Positions 53,416 to 63,993 are shown, numbered from the stretch's first letter. The stretch: 64,000 bases of DNA from Clostridia bacterium (GCA_017403145.1 JAFQOO010000002.1:408-64407); one strand, 5' to 3'. Program-made: numbers and translations. The notes: generated from the sequence alone by a model not told the origin.

Positions 53416-54666
53416 ATGTTTTCTAAGTTAATAGAAAATAAGCAACAAAGTGCAAAATATATGGTTGACGAAATCACCCATATTTGCAAAGATATGCCCA
53501 AGCGCGCACCCGGTTCGGAAGGCGAAAAAATTGCTTGCGAGTATATAGCCGACGTTCTCAAAAACGAATGTGGCTGTGAAAGGGTTACCGTAGAAAGTTT
53601 TAAAGAAAATCCCAACGCGTTTTTCGGTTGGATATACGTTACCATTACTTGTATCTTGCTAGCATATATCGCATACTTTTTCGTACCTCTAGCAAGCGTT
53701 ATTTTAACTGTTTTCGGCTTTGCTATAATGTTTATCCAATTTGGTTTTTACAAAAAGCTAGTTGACTTTTTGTTCCCATCTGCGATTGGTACTAACGTAA
53801 CCGCTATAAAGAAGCCAAAGGGCGAAACCAAAGCACGTATCTTTTTTGACGGACACCCCGATGCAGTTTGGAATTTGCCTTTTAACAATAAACTAGGCGG
53901 ATGGGCATACGAAGGACATATTATTGTTGGTGTAGGCGGAGCATTGGTCAGTCTAGTATTCTTTATTCTTGCGACTATTAAAGTTGGTGCTACTGCACAA
54001 GTTGCTACCCCCGAACTTTACGGATGGTTGTATTATGCCGGTTTTGCAATTCTTATTTTTGCACCATTCCTATTTGGTCTATACTTTATGTGGGATGAAA
54101 AAACCATCGTAGACGGAGCAAACGATAACCTTTCCGGTTGCTATATGGGCGTTGCAATACTCAAGGCTATGAAAGAGCACGGTATCGAACTCGAGCACGT
54201 AGAAGTAGGGGCATTGCTATGCGGTTCCGAAGAAGCAGGACTTCGCGGAGCAAAGGCTTGGGCGGAAGCTCACAAGGAAGAGTTCCAAGACGGCATACCC
54301 ACTTGGATTATTGGTTATGATACAATTCGTGAGCAAGAGCATCTTAACGTTAACTATCGCGACCTTAACGGAATGGTTAAAATGGACGAGGAAGTTTGCG
54401 ATGCGTTTATGAATGCAGCCAAAGAATTGGACCTACAATGTTCAAGAAATATTGTTCCTCCTTTCGGTGGAGCAACCAACCCTGCAGCATTCCAACAAGC
54501 AGGTTTTAGAGCAGCAAGTATCACCGGTATGAACCACGTTATACAACCTTATTATCACACAATGCGAGACACTTATGATAATATGGACGAAAACGCACTT
54601 GCAGATTGCTATGCAATTAGCGTAAAGGTACTAGAAAATTTTGCAAAGAAATACGAAAATGAATAA
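53416..54666 (+). CDS. M28 family membrane-associated aminopeptidase
   Basis: Contains DGHPD, ANDNLSG and GSEEAGLRGAKAW, with internal TM helices. RBS ggaaggagag. Confidence 0.75.
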   Translation: MFSKLIENKQQSAKYMVDEITHICKDMPKRAPGSEGEKIACEYIADVLKNECGCERVTVESFKENPNAFFGWIYVTITCILLAYIAYFFVPLASVILTVFGFAIMFIQFGFYKKLVDFLFPSAIGTNVTAIKKPKGETKARIFFDGHPDAVWNLPFNNKLGGWAYEGHIIVGVGGALVSLVFFILATIKVGATAQVATPELYGWLYYAGFAILIFAPFLFGLYFMWDEKTIVDGANDNLSGCYMGVAILKAMKEHGIELEHVEVGALLCGSEEAGLRGAKAWAEAHKEEFQDGIPTWIIGYDTIREQEHLNVNYRDLNGMVKMDEEVCDAFMNAAKELDLQCSRNIVPPFGGATNPAAFQQAGFRAASITGMNHVIQPYYHTMRDTYDNMDENALADCYAISVKVLENFAKKYENE

Positions 54667-54690
54667 TTTATAACAATCAAGTTGCCTTTT

Positions 54691-54719
54691 ACCCCGTAGT
54701 AATTACGGGGTATTTTTTT
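54691..54719 (+). terminator. Rho-independent terminator
   Basis: Stem accccgta/tacggggt, then a T run. Confidence 0.9.
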
Positions 54720-54826
54720 ACTCAAAGCTTAAAAATTGCATATTGACTTTATATATAAGTGGTTATATACTATGTATATAAAGACGTATAATACAAACGT
54801 TAAAACATTTTGGAGGCAGATTGCTT

Positions 54827-56896
54827 ATGGAAAATTTGGATGCAAAATACCAAGCCCTGTTTACACCCTGGAAAATAGGTAACGTAGAAATCAAAAACCG
54901 AATCGTTCTATGCCCTATGGGTGGAACTTCATTGTTCGGTTGGATGGAGCATACAGGCAACCATTTCGATAAAGAAGCAGCAAAGTTTTTTATCGAAAAG
55001 GCTAAGAACAACGTAGGACTTATTATTCCCGGAATAGCTCCCATAAAGAGTACTTTTATGGGACAGTGGTTATACGAAAATAAGAAGATGTTCAAAGAGC
55101 TCAAAGAGTTTATGAAAGAAATTCACTCTTATGGTGCTAAATTATTCGTGCAAATAACTGCTGGTATGGGACGTTCTTGGGCGATACCTACTCCTCTTGT
55201 TATGCTACATAATATGCCTGTAGTTCGCGACCTTATAAAACCCATTATCGACATTCCTTATCAATCGGCATCACCTAGCGTACTACCTTCTAGATGGTCT
55301 GATAAAGTTACCTGTCGTGCAATGACAGTTAAGGAAATCAACGAGATAATAGATGCTTTTGCAAAGACTGCAGTTCTTCTTAAAGAAGCAGACGTTGACG
55401 GTGTTGAAGTACACGCTGTACACGAAGGATATCTACTTGACCAATTCTCTCTAAAATACACCAACCAACGTACCGACGAGTATGGTGGCTCGTTTGAAAA
55501 CAGATATCGTTTTGCAGTCGATATCGTAAAAGCTATCAAGAGTGCTTGCGGACAAGATTATCCCGTATCCTTACGTTACTCGGTAGAATCCAAAGTTAAA
55601 GACTTTTGCGTAGGCGCTATCCCCGGTGAAGACTACGTAGAAATTGGTAGAGATATGGCAGAAAGCGAGAAAGCGGCAAAGTATCTACAAGATGCAGGCT
55701 ACGATATGCTTAACGCCGATAACGGAACGTACGACTCTTGGTATTGGGCGCATCCCCCAATGTATATGCCCCAAAACTGCAACCTAGAAGACGTTGCACA
55801 CGTTAAAAAGTTTGTTGATATTCCCGTAGTATGTGCTGGTAGAATGGAGCCTGAGGTAGGCGCAAAAGCTATTGAAGAGGGAAAAATTGATGCTCTTGGC
55901 GTAGCAAGACAATTCCTCGCTGATGCAGAATGGGTTACTAAGCTAATAGAAAATAGACTTGAAGATATTCGTCCTTGCATATGCTGTCATAACGCTTGCT
56001 TTAATATGGCTCATTATAAGGGCGTTGCTAACGCACAATCTATCCACGATGCTAGCCACATAGCACGTTGTGCTTTGAATCCTACCGTAATGCAATCGGA
56101 TAAATATTCATTGAAGCCTGCTAAAAAGGTTAAAAAGGTTGCTGTTATCGGTGGCGGAATAGGCGGAATGGAAGCTGCTATCGTTTGCGCTAAACGTGGT
56201 CATACCGTTACCCTATACGAAAAGAGTGATAAGCTCGGTGGTGTATTTATTGCGGCGGCGGCCCCCTCGTTTAAAGAAAAGGATAAGGCACTTATTGCTT
56301 GGTATTGTAGAGAAATCACCAAGTATCCTATCGACGTTAAGCTTAACACGGAAGTTAGCGACGTAACTACGCTTGATGCAGATGAGGTTATCGTTGCTAC
56401 CGGTGCAAAGGCTAGAAAGATAGCTATAAAGGGCATTGAAAACTCTGTTGAAGCAGTAGAATATCTACTCGGAGAAAAGAAAGTAGGGGATAAAGTAGTT
56501 GTCATCGGTGGCGGATTGACCGGCTGTGAAATTGCTTACGACTTGTTCCTACAAGGCAAGCAACCCGTTATAGTAGAAGCTCAACACGACTTGATGGTTT
56601 CTGCAAAAGTTCCCTTCCCGAATTCAAGTTATCTACGCGATTTCTTTAGCACCAAACAAGTTCCCGTATATCTTGAAAGTTTCGTAAAGGAAATAAAAGA
56701 AGGAAGCGTTATAGTAACGAATAAAGCGGGTGAAAGCGAAGAAATAAAGGCAGATTCTGTAATCGTATCCGTTGGATATATTCCCGCTCCTATCGCTAAG
56801 AAGAAAAAGAACGTACACGTAATCGGCGATGCTAACGCAGTAGGAAGTCTCCGTACCGTAATTTGGGGTGCTTGGGACGTAGCAATGAAAATTTAA
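54827..56896 (+). CDS. Old-yellow-enzyme domain fused to an FAD/NAD(P) oxidoreductase (2,4-dienoyl-CoA reductase / enoate reductase family)
   Basis: OYE N-terminus (IKNRIVLCPMGG), Fe-S motif RPCICCHNAC, and dinucleotide folds VIGGGIGG and VIGGGLTG. The ATG at 54827 follows ggagg. Confidence 0.8.
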   Translation: MENLDAKYQALFTPWKIGNVEIKNRIVLCPMGGTSLFGWMEHTGNHFDKEAAKFFIEKAKNNVGLIIPGIAPIKSTFMGQWLYENKKMFKELKEFMKEIHSYGAKLFVQITAGMGRSWAIPTPLVMLHNMPVVRDLIKPIIDIPYQSASPSVLPSRWSDKVTCRAMTVKEINEIIDAFAKTAVLLKEADVDGVEVHAVHEGYLLDQFSLKYTNQRTDEYGGSFENRYRFAVDIVKAIKSACGQDYPVSLRYSVESKVKDFCVGAIPGEDYVEIGRDMAESEKAAKYLQDAGYDMLNADNGTYDSWYWAHPPMYMPQNCNLEDVAHVKKFVDIPVVCAGRMEPEVGAKAIEEGKIDALGVARQFLADAEWVTKLIENRLEDIRPCICCHNACFNMAHYKGVANAQSIHDASHIARCALNPTVMQSDKYSLKPAKKVKKVAVIGGGIGGMEAAIVCAKRGHTVTLYEKSDKLGGVFIAAAAPSFKEKDKALIAWYCREITKYPIDVKLNTEVSDVTTLDADEVIVATGAKARKIAIKGIENSVEAVEYLLGEKKVGDKVVVIGGGLTGCEIAYDLFLQGKQPVIVEAQHDLMVSAKVPFPNSSYLRDFFSTKQVPVYLESFVKEIKEGSVIVTNKAGESEEIKADSVIVSVGYIPAPIAKKKKNVHVIGDANAVGSLRTVIWGAWDVAMKI

Positions 56897-56913
56897 CTAG
56901 AAGGAAGTAGATT

Positions 56914-58191
56914 ATGCGATTAAACGAACAACAACAAGCCATATTGAATGGCGCGCAAGGTGAAACCCTTGCAAAGGTAATGTTAACACTCGTAAAATAC
57001 GGTGAAGCTTTTAATGCAGATAAAATGGTTGCGGTTACTTCGGAGTATAACCACTTGGTAACCTCATTTGGTCTAAAGGCACTCACCCCTGTATACGAAC
57101 TTATGGACAAGATTTTGGAAGCTGGCGCTTGTTCATCGCAAAAGTTCTCTGCAGACCCCCGTCCCGTAGATAAAAACGTACCCGCTAACTTCTTGGAAAA
57201 ATTTATTTTTAATAAGTTTATGTATTCAAAGCAAGATTTTTACGAAGGACAACTAGAAAAGCTAGGACTACTAAATAAAGATGCTTTTACCTGTACTTGT
57301 TATATGAACGAGGTGGGTAATAAACCCAAACAAGGTGATATTTTGAGTTGGTCGGAGTCTAGTGCGGTAGTATATGCAAACTCTGTGCTAGGTGCAAGAT
57401 GTAATCGTAATTCCGGCATAATGGATTTGATGGGCTCAATAGTTGGTTACGTACCTCACTTTGGACTACTAACCGACGAAGGCAGAAAGGCAACTTGGGT
57501 TATAAAAATAGAAACCACAAAGAAACCCGAAGCCCAGTTATTAGGCTCTGCAATCGGTATGAAGGTTATGGAAGACGTTCCCTACGTAGTAGGACTTGAT
57601 AAATGGCTAGGAACCGAGCTTGACGATGCTGCTTGCACCTATCTAAAAGATTTTGGTGCGGCTACTGCATCTAACGGAGCAGTAGGTCTATACCATATAG
57701 CAAACCTTACCCCCGAAGCAAAGCAACTAGGGGAAGCTCTAATAGCGGAAGGTGCTAAAGAATACGTTATAGACGATGCTGAACTACAAAGAGTTTACGA
57801 TTCCTATCCTGTAATATGGAAAAATGCAGATGCGACTCCCAAACTATGCTTTATGGGATGCCCACATATGTCTTTAGAGCAACTAAAGAGCTGGACTGAT
57901 AAGGTAGAAAGTGCTCTTAAAGAGTATGGTAATAGTAAGGTTGTTATACCTACCGTATTTACTGCTGCTCCCGCAGTTTTGGCTGAGTTTGAAAAGACCG
58001 ACTATGCAAAACGCCTAAAAGCAACCGGTGTAATTACTTCCTATATTTGTCCGCTAATGTATATGAATAATCCGCTATGTGGTAAGAAGCCCGTTATAAC
58101 TTCTTCCAACAAGCTACGTACCTATACTACCGCAAGATACTATACCGACGACGAAATTCTAGTTCAAATAACCAAAGGGGGTAAAGCATAA
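56914..58191 (+). CDS. Aconitase X catalytic subunit (DUF521)
   Basis: N-terminal pattern EQQQAILNGAQGETLAKVMLTLVKYGEAFNA..MV.VTS. About 425 aa, and paired with DUF126. Confidence 0.7.
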   Translation: MRLNEQQQAILNGAQGETLAKVMLTLVKYGEAFNADKMVAVTSEYNHLVTSFGLKALTPVYELMDKILEAGACSSQKFSADPRPVDKNVPANFLEKFIFNKFMYSKQDFYEGQLEKLGLLNKDAFTCTCYMNEVGNKPKQGDILSWSESSAVVYANSVLGARCNRNSGIMDLMGSIVGYVPHFGLLTDEGRKATWVIKIETTKKPEAQLLGSAIGMKVMEDVPYVVGLDKWLGTELDDAACTYLKDFGAATASNGAVGLYHIANLTPEAKQLGEALIAEGAKEYVIDDAELQRVYDSYPVIWKNADATPKLCFMGCPHMSLEQLKSWTDKVESALKEYGNSKVVIPTVFTAAPAVLAEFEKTDYAKRLKATGVITSYICPLMYMNNPLCGKKPVITSSNKLRTYTTARYYTDDEILVQITKGGKA

Positions 58192-58634
58192 TGAAAACAT
58201 TTAAAGGACGTGTTATAACTCCGGGAACCGTTACTGCAACTGCACTCGTATCACACGGTGGACTAAATACCCTTGCATCCTTCCAAAAGGCATTGCAATT
58301 TGGTGATAAGATGGCAACTTGTGGGGACCAAAACAACCCCGATTTATATGGTAAGCAAATGTGTGGCAAAGCACTATGCCTACCTCAAACCATTGGTTCT
58401 ACAACCGGTGGATTGGTACTATATTGTGCTTGCGCTATGAAGCGTCAACCCGCTTGCCTACTTTTCTCTAATCCCATTGATAGCTTGGCTTTAGCAGGCG
58501 CAGTGCTAGCAGACGTATGGCTCGATGACGTAAGTATGCCTGTAGTAGATAGCTTGGGAGAAGAATTCCTTAACTACGTTCAAGATGGTATGCAAATTAC
58601 CATTAAAGAAGATGGTGAGGTTATCGTAGAATAA
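58191..58634 (+). CDS. Aconitase X swivel-domain subunit (DUF126)
   Basis: GRVITPGTVTATALV at the N-terminus. Its start overlaps the upstream stop (ATAATG). Confidence 0.7.
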   Translation: MKTFKGRVITPGTVTATALVSHGGLNTLASFQKALQFGDKMATCGDQNNPDLYGKQMCGKALCLPQTIGSTTGGLVLYCACAMKRQPACLLFSNPIDSLALAGAVLADVWLDDVSMPVVDSLGEEFLNYVQDGMQITIKEDGEVIVE

Positions 58635-58650
58635 TAAAAGCTTATAAGTA

Positions 58651-58679
58651 AAACGGCACGAATTTCGTGCCGTTTTTTT
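58651..58679 (+). terminator. Rho-independent terminator
   Basis: Stem aaacggcacgaa/ttcgtgccgttt, then a T run. Confidence 0.9.
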
Positions 58680-58721
58680 ATTGATAAATTAGTATTCGAG
58701 TAAAATATTCAAATTAGCAAC

Positions 58722-58750
58722 AAAAAAGCACTCGTTTCGAGTGCATTTTT
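58722..58750 (-). terminator. Rho-independent terminator of the minus-strand methyltransferase gene
   Basis: Stem gcactcg/cgagtgc, with a T run when read on the minus strand. Confidence 0.8.
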
Positions 58751-58753
58751 TAG

Positions 58754-59920
58754 TTAGTCGACTTGGAGTACGAAAAATTTTAGATAACTTGTTTCTTCGG
58801 CACAAAGCAAATAGGGGTGGTCGGGAGCTTGCGACTTAATCTCTATACATTTTACCCTACGTTTTGCAATTCTTGCACTATCTATTAGCATTTTTTCGAA
58901 TGCTTGTTGGCTAACGTAGTGAGAGCAAGAAGAGGAAATCAAATATCCGCCCTTTTCAACGAGCTTTAGACCAAGGACGTTTATATCGGTATATCCGCGT
59001 ATGGCATCTTTTATTTCCGATACACTTTTTGTAAAAGCAGGCGGGTCTAATATAACCGTACCAAACGTTTTACCTTGCTCACGATACTCGCGTAGTATAT
59101 CGAAAACGTTAGCGCAAACTGCGTTTAGGTTGGTAAATCCGTTAAGTTCCTTGTTTTCAATTACGGAAGCAATAGCAGTAGGGGAAATATCAACCGCGGT
59201 TACCTCTTTAGCAACGGTTGCAACGTTTAGACTAAAACCACCGGTGTTGGAAAAACAATCTAGTACGGTAGCATCTTTACAATATTTTCTAGCACAAAGT
59301 CTGTTTTCTTTTTGGTCCAAGAAATATCCTGTTTTTTGCCCGCCTTTTACGTCAACTGCAATTTTAATTCCGTTTTCGTTGATAATAACTCTATCTGGGA
59401 CTTCTCCGTAAAGAACTCCTTTGACTTCTTGTAAACCTTCCTTTAATCTAACCGCTACGTCGCTTCGTTCGTATATGCCTTTAGGATGGAATAATTCTAC
59501 TAGGCATTCGGTTATCATATCCTTTCTTTTATCCATACCTAGAGAGAGGAATTGTACCGAAAGAACGTCGTCGTATTTGTCGATTATAAGTGCGGGTAAA
59601 TCGTCTGCTTCACCAAAACAAACTCTGTAAGCATTGTTATAGCCGAGTCGCACTCTGCTATCGTTTGCTTTCTTTAGGCGTTCCATAAACAACTCTTTGG
59701 TATCCTCAACATCGTCTCTTATAAAAATTCTAACGATAATTTTGGATAGATGATTTATGTATCCTTTGCCTAAAAACTTGCCATCAAAAGTACAAACCGT
59801 AGCGAGCGAACCGTTGCGGTCTTTACCTTCTATTTTTTGGACTTCGTTTGCGTATACCCAACTATGTCCTGCTTGAATGCGCTTTTCTTCGCCTTTTTTC
59901 AAATATAAAGTGTATGCCAT
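58754..59920 (-). CDS. rlmI: RlmI/YwbD-like class I SAM-dependent rRNA (cytosine-C5) methyltransferase with PUA domain
   Basis: N-terminal PUA-like region (LKKGEEKRIQAGHSWVYANEV), followed by VLDCFSNTGGFS and ILDPPAF. Confidence 0.75.
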   Translation of the reverse strand: MAYTLYLKKGEEKRIQAGHSWVYANEVQKIEGKDRNGSLATVCTFDGKFLGKGYINHLSKIIVRIFIRDDVEDTKELFMERLKKANDSRVRLGYNNAYRVCFGEADDLPALIIDKYDDVLSVQFLSLGMDKRKDMITECLVELFHPKGIYERSDVAVRLKEGLQEVKGVLYGEVPDRVIINENGIKIAVDVKGGQKTGYFLDQKENRLCARKYCKDATVLDCFSNTGGFSLNVATVAKEVTAVDISPTAIASVIENKELNGFTNLNAVCANVFDILREYREQGKTFGTVILDPPAFTKSVSEIKDAIRGYTDINVLGLKLVEKGGYLISSSCSHYVSQQAFEKMLIDSARIAKRRVKCIEIKSQAPDHPYLLCAEETSYLKFFVLQVD

Positions 59921-59986
59921 AATGGTAATATTATATATTGATATCAGTTCAAGTGCAATATTTTTTATTCATTTTATTTACCTATA

Positions 59987-60015
59987 TTGACTTTACGCGC
60001 GCGTGAGTGTATTAT
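59987..60015 (+). promoter_or_regulatory. Promoter with an alternating Pu-Py spacer
   Basis: TTGACT-N17-TATTAT. The spacer is ttacgcgcgcgtgagtg. Confidence 0.55.
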
Positions 60016-60047
60016 ATATATAATATCTGTTAGGGAGATAAATTCTT

Positions 60048-61712
60048 ATGAAAGCAAAAATTTTTATTGTTGTTATTTCTCTTGTACTTACCCTTTCTAT
60101 CGGCGGTGTAGCGCTAATAGATACTCTTGATTTGGTAGGTGAGAAAGAACCCGAAATAGTATTTTCCGTTTGGGGAGACTCTATTGCAGAAGCAGTTTTA
60201 GGTGCTTCTCCCATAGGTGAAAGAGATGGCTTTGGCTACTATGGCTTGGTAGGTAGAATTGCTAATTTCGAGTTTCACAATCGTTCGGTATCCGGACATT
60301 TAACCGGACAATTCTACGAGTATATTTCTAAACCCGACGATGGCGCTCGTATGAATAATACTTTACTAAAGACTTCGGATATCATTGCAGTATCCATTCT
60401 TGGTAACGACCTTCTACAAAACGACGTTAGCCAAATGGTAGTTGATTATTCAAATGGTATCACCACCGATTTGGACGAGAACGTTGCAATAGCTCGTGCG
60501 GATTTCAAACTTGCACTAGACTATATCAAAGAAGTTAATCCCACCGCAAAGGTACTAGTTCAAACCGTTTATAATCCTATGTTCGTAGGTTCTCATATTC
60601 TTATGGATTCCGCTCGCGACGCACTATATGCTAAGGGCTGTAACGATGCTGAAATTCGTGAAATGGGCGGATATATGCTAGATGCTTTGAATGGTATCGT
60701 TTTCGATTATCTCGAAGAAAATCCCGGTTCTATAACTGTTATCGACGTTAGAAAAGAGTTCGATAACATCTATAATGAAGATAATCATCGTGGTGCAGAA
60801 TTGTTCTATAACGATGGTGTTCACCCCTCTAACGAAGGCCACGCAGTTATTGCAGGACTATATCTAGAAAAGATGGTAGAATGGGGATACGTTAGCGATG
60901 CTAAGATGCTCAAGAAATATAAGGATATTCGTATTGACCAACTAAATCGTTTGTATGCTAACGAAGATAGTACTGATGCTATTAAAGAGGTTCGTGATGC
61001 GGAAAAATACGATGACGTAACCGATGCGTTCTTCCGTTTTGCAGAAGATAAGACCGCAGTTCTTGATAAGAAAGCAACCGAGAAAAACCCCTACGTAGCA
61101 TTTGAAGAAACCAAGCGCTTCTACGTTGACGAGAGTACCAGCGCACTAAATATTCCTATTGGATATTTGCTCAAGGCTAAAGAAAGCTATATTGAGTTCT
61201 ATGATGACGGAACTATGAAATTCCAAATCGTTCTTGGCGATGGTTCTGCTGGTTTAGTTGACCAATTTATAGGAGGTACCGACCTTTCTACCGTAGACAT
61301 TTCTCCCATAATAGACAAATATGCAGTTGAACTATTCCCCGGATTTACCACCGATAAGGTTATGTACTCTTTGGGACTTCTCGAAGACAACCTTGGATTA
61401 TCTTTCGTTGGCTTCGATACCGAGCACGAAGGCGTTAAGGCACTAATCAATTCTCTTGAAAAAGATGGCAAGCTTCCCACGACCTTAAGTATTCCCGAAG
61501 GACTAGGCGTTCAATACGAAGGTAGATACACCATTAGAGAGGTTGTAAATCCTTTAACCGGTGAGAAAATGACTCAAATTCATATGGGCGCACCCTATAA
61601 GAATGGCGACGGATACGTAATTATGACCTATCACGAAAACGAAGCAGGTAAAGAAGAAGTATACTTCAATATCGACTTTATCCAAATTTACGTAAAGGCT
61701 ATAGCAAAATAA
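60048..61712 (+). CDS. Secreted/anchored SGNH hydrolase with a ~280-aa C-terminal domain of unknown function
   Basis: Signal/anchor helix, block I VWGDSIAEA, and block V DGVHPSNEGH. Confidence 0.75.
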   Translation: MKAKIFIVVISLVLTLSIGGVALIDTLDLVGEKEPEIVFSVWGDSIAEAVLGASPIGERDGFGYYGLVGRIANFEFHNRSVSGHLTGQFYEYISKPDDGARMNNTLLKTSDIIAVSILGNDLLQNDVSQMVVDYSNGITTDLDENVAIARADFKLALDYIKEVNPTAKVLVQTVYNPMFVGSHILMDSARDALYAKGCNDAEIREMGGYMLDALNGIVFDYLEENPGSITVIDVRKEFDNIYNEDNHRGAELFYNDGVHPSNEGHAVIAGLYLEKMVEWGYVSDAKMLKKYKDIRIDQLNRLYANEDSTDAIKEVRDAEKYDDVTDAFFRFAEDKTAVLDKKATEKNPYVAFEETKRFYVDESTSALNIPIGYLLKAKESYIEFYDDGTMKFQIVLGDGSAGLVDQFIGGTDLSTVDISPIIDKYAVELFPGFTTDKVMYSLGLLEDNLGLSFVGFDTEHEGVKALINSLEKDGKLPTTLSIPEGLGVQYEGRYTIREVVNPLTGEKMTQIHMGAPYKNGDGYVIMTYHENEAGKEEVYFNIDFIQIYVKAIAK

Positions 61713-62527
61713 TGCGTTCATACGATAATCTAATTTGTCCTAGATGCGGATGCAGACTATCCCAAAACGGGGGTAGTCTGTTCTGTTTTTTTAAGCATTG
61801 TTACGATATTGCTTCAAGCGGTTACGTCAACTTGGTGCTTTCCGGCGCAAAGTCCCAAGCTTTTAGCGGGGACAACAAGGAAATGATGCAAGCTCGTCAT
61901 CGCACGATGGATAGGGGCTACTATAAATCACTTGCCGACAAGGTAGTGGAGATAATTGCTACCTATCCGCACGATGATATATTGGATATCGGTTGTGGCG
62001 AAGGGTACGTTACCGGTAGAATTGCACAAGCGTTTGAATCAAGCAACGTTCGTGGTGCGGACCTTTCTAAAAACGCAATTTTACTTGCCGACAAGCGATA
62101 TAAAAATGCAAGTTTCATCGTTGCAAATTCGGCATCTCTTCCCATCTTGGAAGGTAGTGTAGACGTCGGTATTGCTGTGTTTACACCTACCTATTTTGGA
62201 GAGCTGGAAAGGGTTATTAAAAAGGGCGGTATATTTATAAAGATAAACCCTTCGGCGGAGCACTTGTTAGACCTAAAAGAATTATTATACGATAATACCT
62301 ATTTGAACGAAGAGGAGCAAGTTGTTGCCACAGGCTTTGAGCTCATAGATAGCCTAACGATTTATGACGAATATAAAGCAGTAGGTAACGAGATAATGGA
62401 TTTGTTACAAATGACACCATATTATTATCATACTCCGAAAGAAGCAATCGAGCGTGTAGCTAAAATGGAAAAAGTAACTACAAGGTTAGGTTACGATATC
62501 AAGGTTTATAAGAGAAATGCAAATTGA
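61712..62527 (+). CDS. rlmA: RlmA(I)-like 23S rRNA (guanine-N1)-methyltransferase
   Basis: N-terminal Zn-ribbon (CPRCGCRL...C..HC) and SAM motif ILDIGCGEGY. Confidence 0.65.
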   Translation: MRSYDNLICPRCGCRLSQNGGSLFCFFKHCYDIASSGYVNLVLSGAKSQAFSGDNKEMMQARHRTMDRGYYKSLADKVVEIIATYPHDDILDIGCGEGYVTGRIAQAFESSNVRGADLSKNAILLADKRYKNASFIVANSASLPILEGSVDVGIAVFTPTYFGELERVIKKGGIFIKINPSAEHLLDLKELLYDNTYLNEEEQVVATGFELIDSLTIYDEYKAVGNEIMDLLQMTPYYYHTPKEAIERVAKMEKVTTRLGYDIKVYKRNAN

Positions 62528-63188
62528 GCTTGCTGGGAAAATAATACAAGTTCAACCGAGCAAACGTAACAAAAGATTGCGTATGCGCGTGGTTCCGCCA
62601 AATGGAGAGATAAAGCTAAGTTGTCCCGATAAAACCACTCGTAACGAAATAGAACGCTTTGTTTTATCAAATCTGGATTGGTTAGAAAGGGCAACAAAAA
62701 AAGTAAAGGTGCCAGAGGGAAACAAGAGCTACGTTCAAGGCGGTAATAAATTTATTTTGTTCGGTAAACCATACGATATAGTAGAAGTTGAAAGCAAAGG
62801 ATATTCATTTGTAATAGGCAACGAAACTTGTATTTTAGGGGCACCAAAAGGTGCAACTCGTGAGAAAAAGAAAGAGTATGTTAAAAAGGTGATGAAGGAT
62901 ATCGCTAAAAAAGAATTCCCTCCTCGAGTAGAAAAATTCGAAGCAATTTTGGGGGTTAAATGTAGCGGTATAAGTTATAAGTTTACTACTTCTAGATGGG
63001 GCTCTTGTAACTACAATACGCGTAAAATAAATTTTAGCGTATATGCAATACAAAAACCTTTAGAATATCTAGACTATTTGGTTTGCCACGAGTTAACACA
63101 TATTATATATCCCAACCACGGAGCTATGTTTAAAGCCAAACTTCGTAGTGTTATTCCCGATGCAGATAGAATTGCAAAATTAAAGTGA
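62517..63188 (+). CDS. YgjP-like (DUF45) M48-type metal-dependent hydrolase
   Basis: Contains RWGSC and HELTHIIYPNHG. Confidence 0.8.
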   Translation: MQIELAGKIIQVQPSKRNKRLRMRVVPPNGEIKLSCPDKTTRNEIERFVLSNLDWLERATKKVKVPEGNKSYVQGGNKFILFGKPYDIVEVESKGYSFVIGNETCILGAPKGATREKKKEYVKKVMKDIAKKEFPPRVEKFEAILGVKCSGISYKFTTSRWGSCNYNTRKINFSVYAIQKPLEYLDYLVCHELTHIIYPNHGAMFKAKLRSVIPDADRIAKLK

Positions 63189-63195
63189 GGAAGTT

Positions 63196-63993
63196 ATGGT
63201 AATTGATTTTCATACACACGTATTCCCCGACAAGCTTGCTGAAAGAGCGTTGTCTGTACTCTCTATAAATGCCAAAGCGGCAGGGTACGAACCGGCTCAT
63301 AATTTGACTAAAAAGGGTTTAGTAGAAAAAATGGACGAATATGGTGTAGATGTTTCGCTTGTTTGTCCGGTAGCTACAAAGCCCACTCAAAGCGAGAAAA
63401 ATTTGGAGTGGGGACTAACGATTAACGATGATAGAATTATAACCATAGCAGGGCTATTCCCCGATGATGAAAGTTGGAAGAAGAATGTTGATAAAGCGGT
63501 TGCGATGGGATATAAGGGTATAAAACTCCATCCCGAATACCAAGACTTTATCCTAGACGAGGAAAGAATGCTACCCTTATATGATTACGCATTCAATAAA
63601 GGATTGTTTATCCTTTTCCATGCGGGTTACGACCCTATTGGCAAAGAACCATTTAAATCCAATCCGCAAATGTTTGTGCATTTAGTAGAGGAATTCAAGG
63701 GCGCAAAAATAGTGGCGGCACATTTTGGCGGACAAGCGCAATGGGATGACGTATACAAATATCTTGCCGGAAAAGATATATATCTAGATACTTCGATGGG
63801 ATTTAAATACTATTCAAAAGAGCAATTTTTATCAATATTTGAGAAACACGGTAGCGATAAAATTTTGTTCGGTTCCGATTCTCCTTGGTCTAATGCGGGA
63901 GAAGAGCTAAGTATTTTGGATAATATGCCAATTACTAAAGAACAAAAGGACAATATTCTTTACAAAAATGCAGTTAAATTATTAGGACTGTAA
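63196..63993 (+). CDS. Amidohydrolase-family TIM-barrel metal hydrolase
   Basis: Contains IDFHTHVFP, an internal HP and HFGG, and a late DSPW motif. Confidence 0.75.
   Translation: MVIDFHTHVFPDKLAERALSVLSINAKAAGYEPAHNLTKKGLVEKMDEYGVDVSLVCPVATKPTQSEKNLEWGLTINDDRIITIAGLFPDDESWKKNVDKAVAMGYKGIKLHPEYQDFILDEERMLPLYDYAFNKGLFILFHAGYDPIGKEPFKSNPQMFVHLVEEFKGAKIVAAHFGGQAQWDDVYKYLAGKDIYLDTSMGFKYYSKEQFLSIFEKHGSDKILFGSDSPWSNAGEELSILDNMPITKEQKDNILYKNAVKLLGL

Noticed and set aside
53334-53645. 103-aa minus ORF, plus the 40434..40676 and 13385..13579 ORFs
   Set aside because: They overlap the 5' ends or promoters of well-supported genes, lack RBS sites and have no recognisable motifs.
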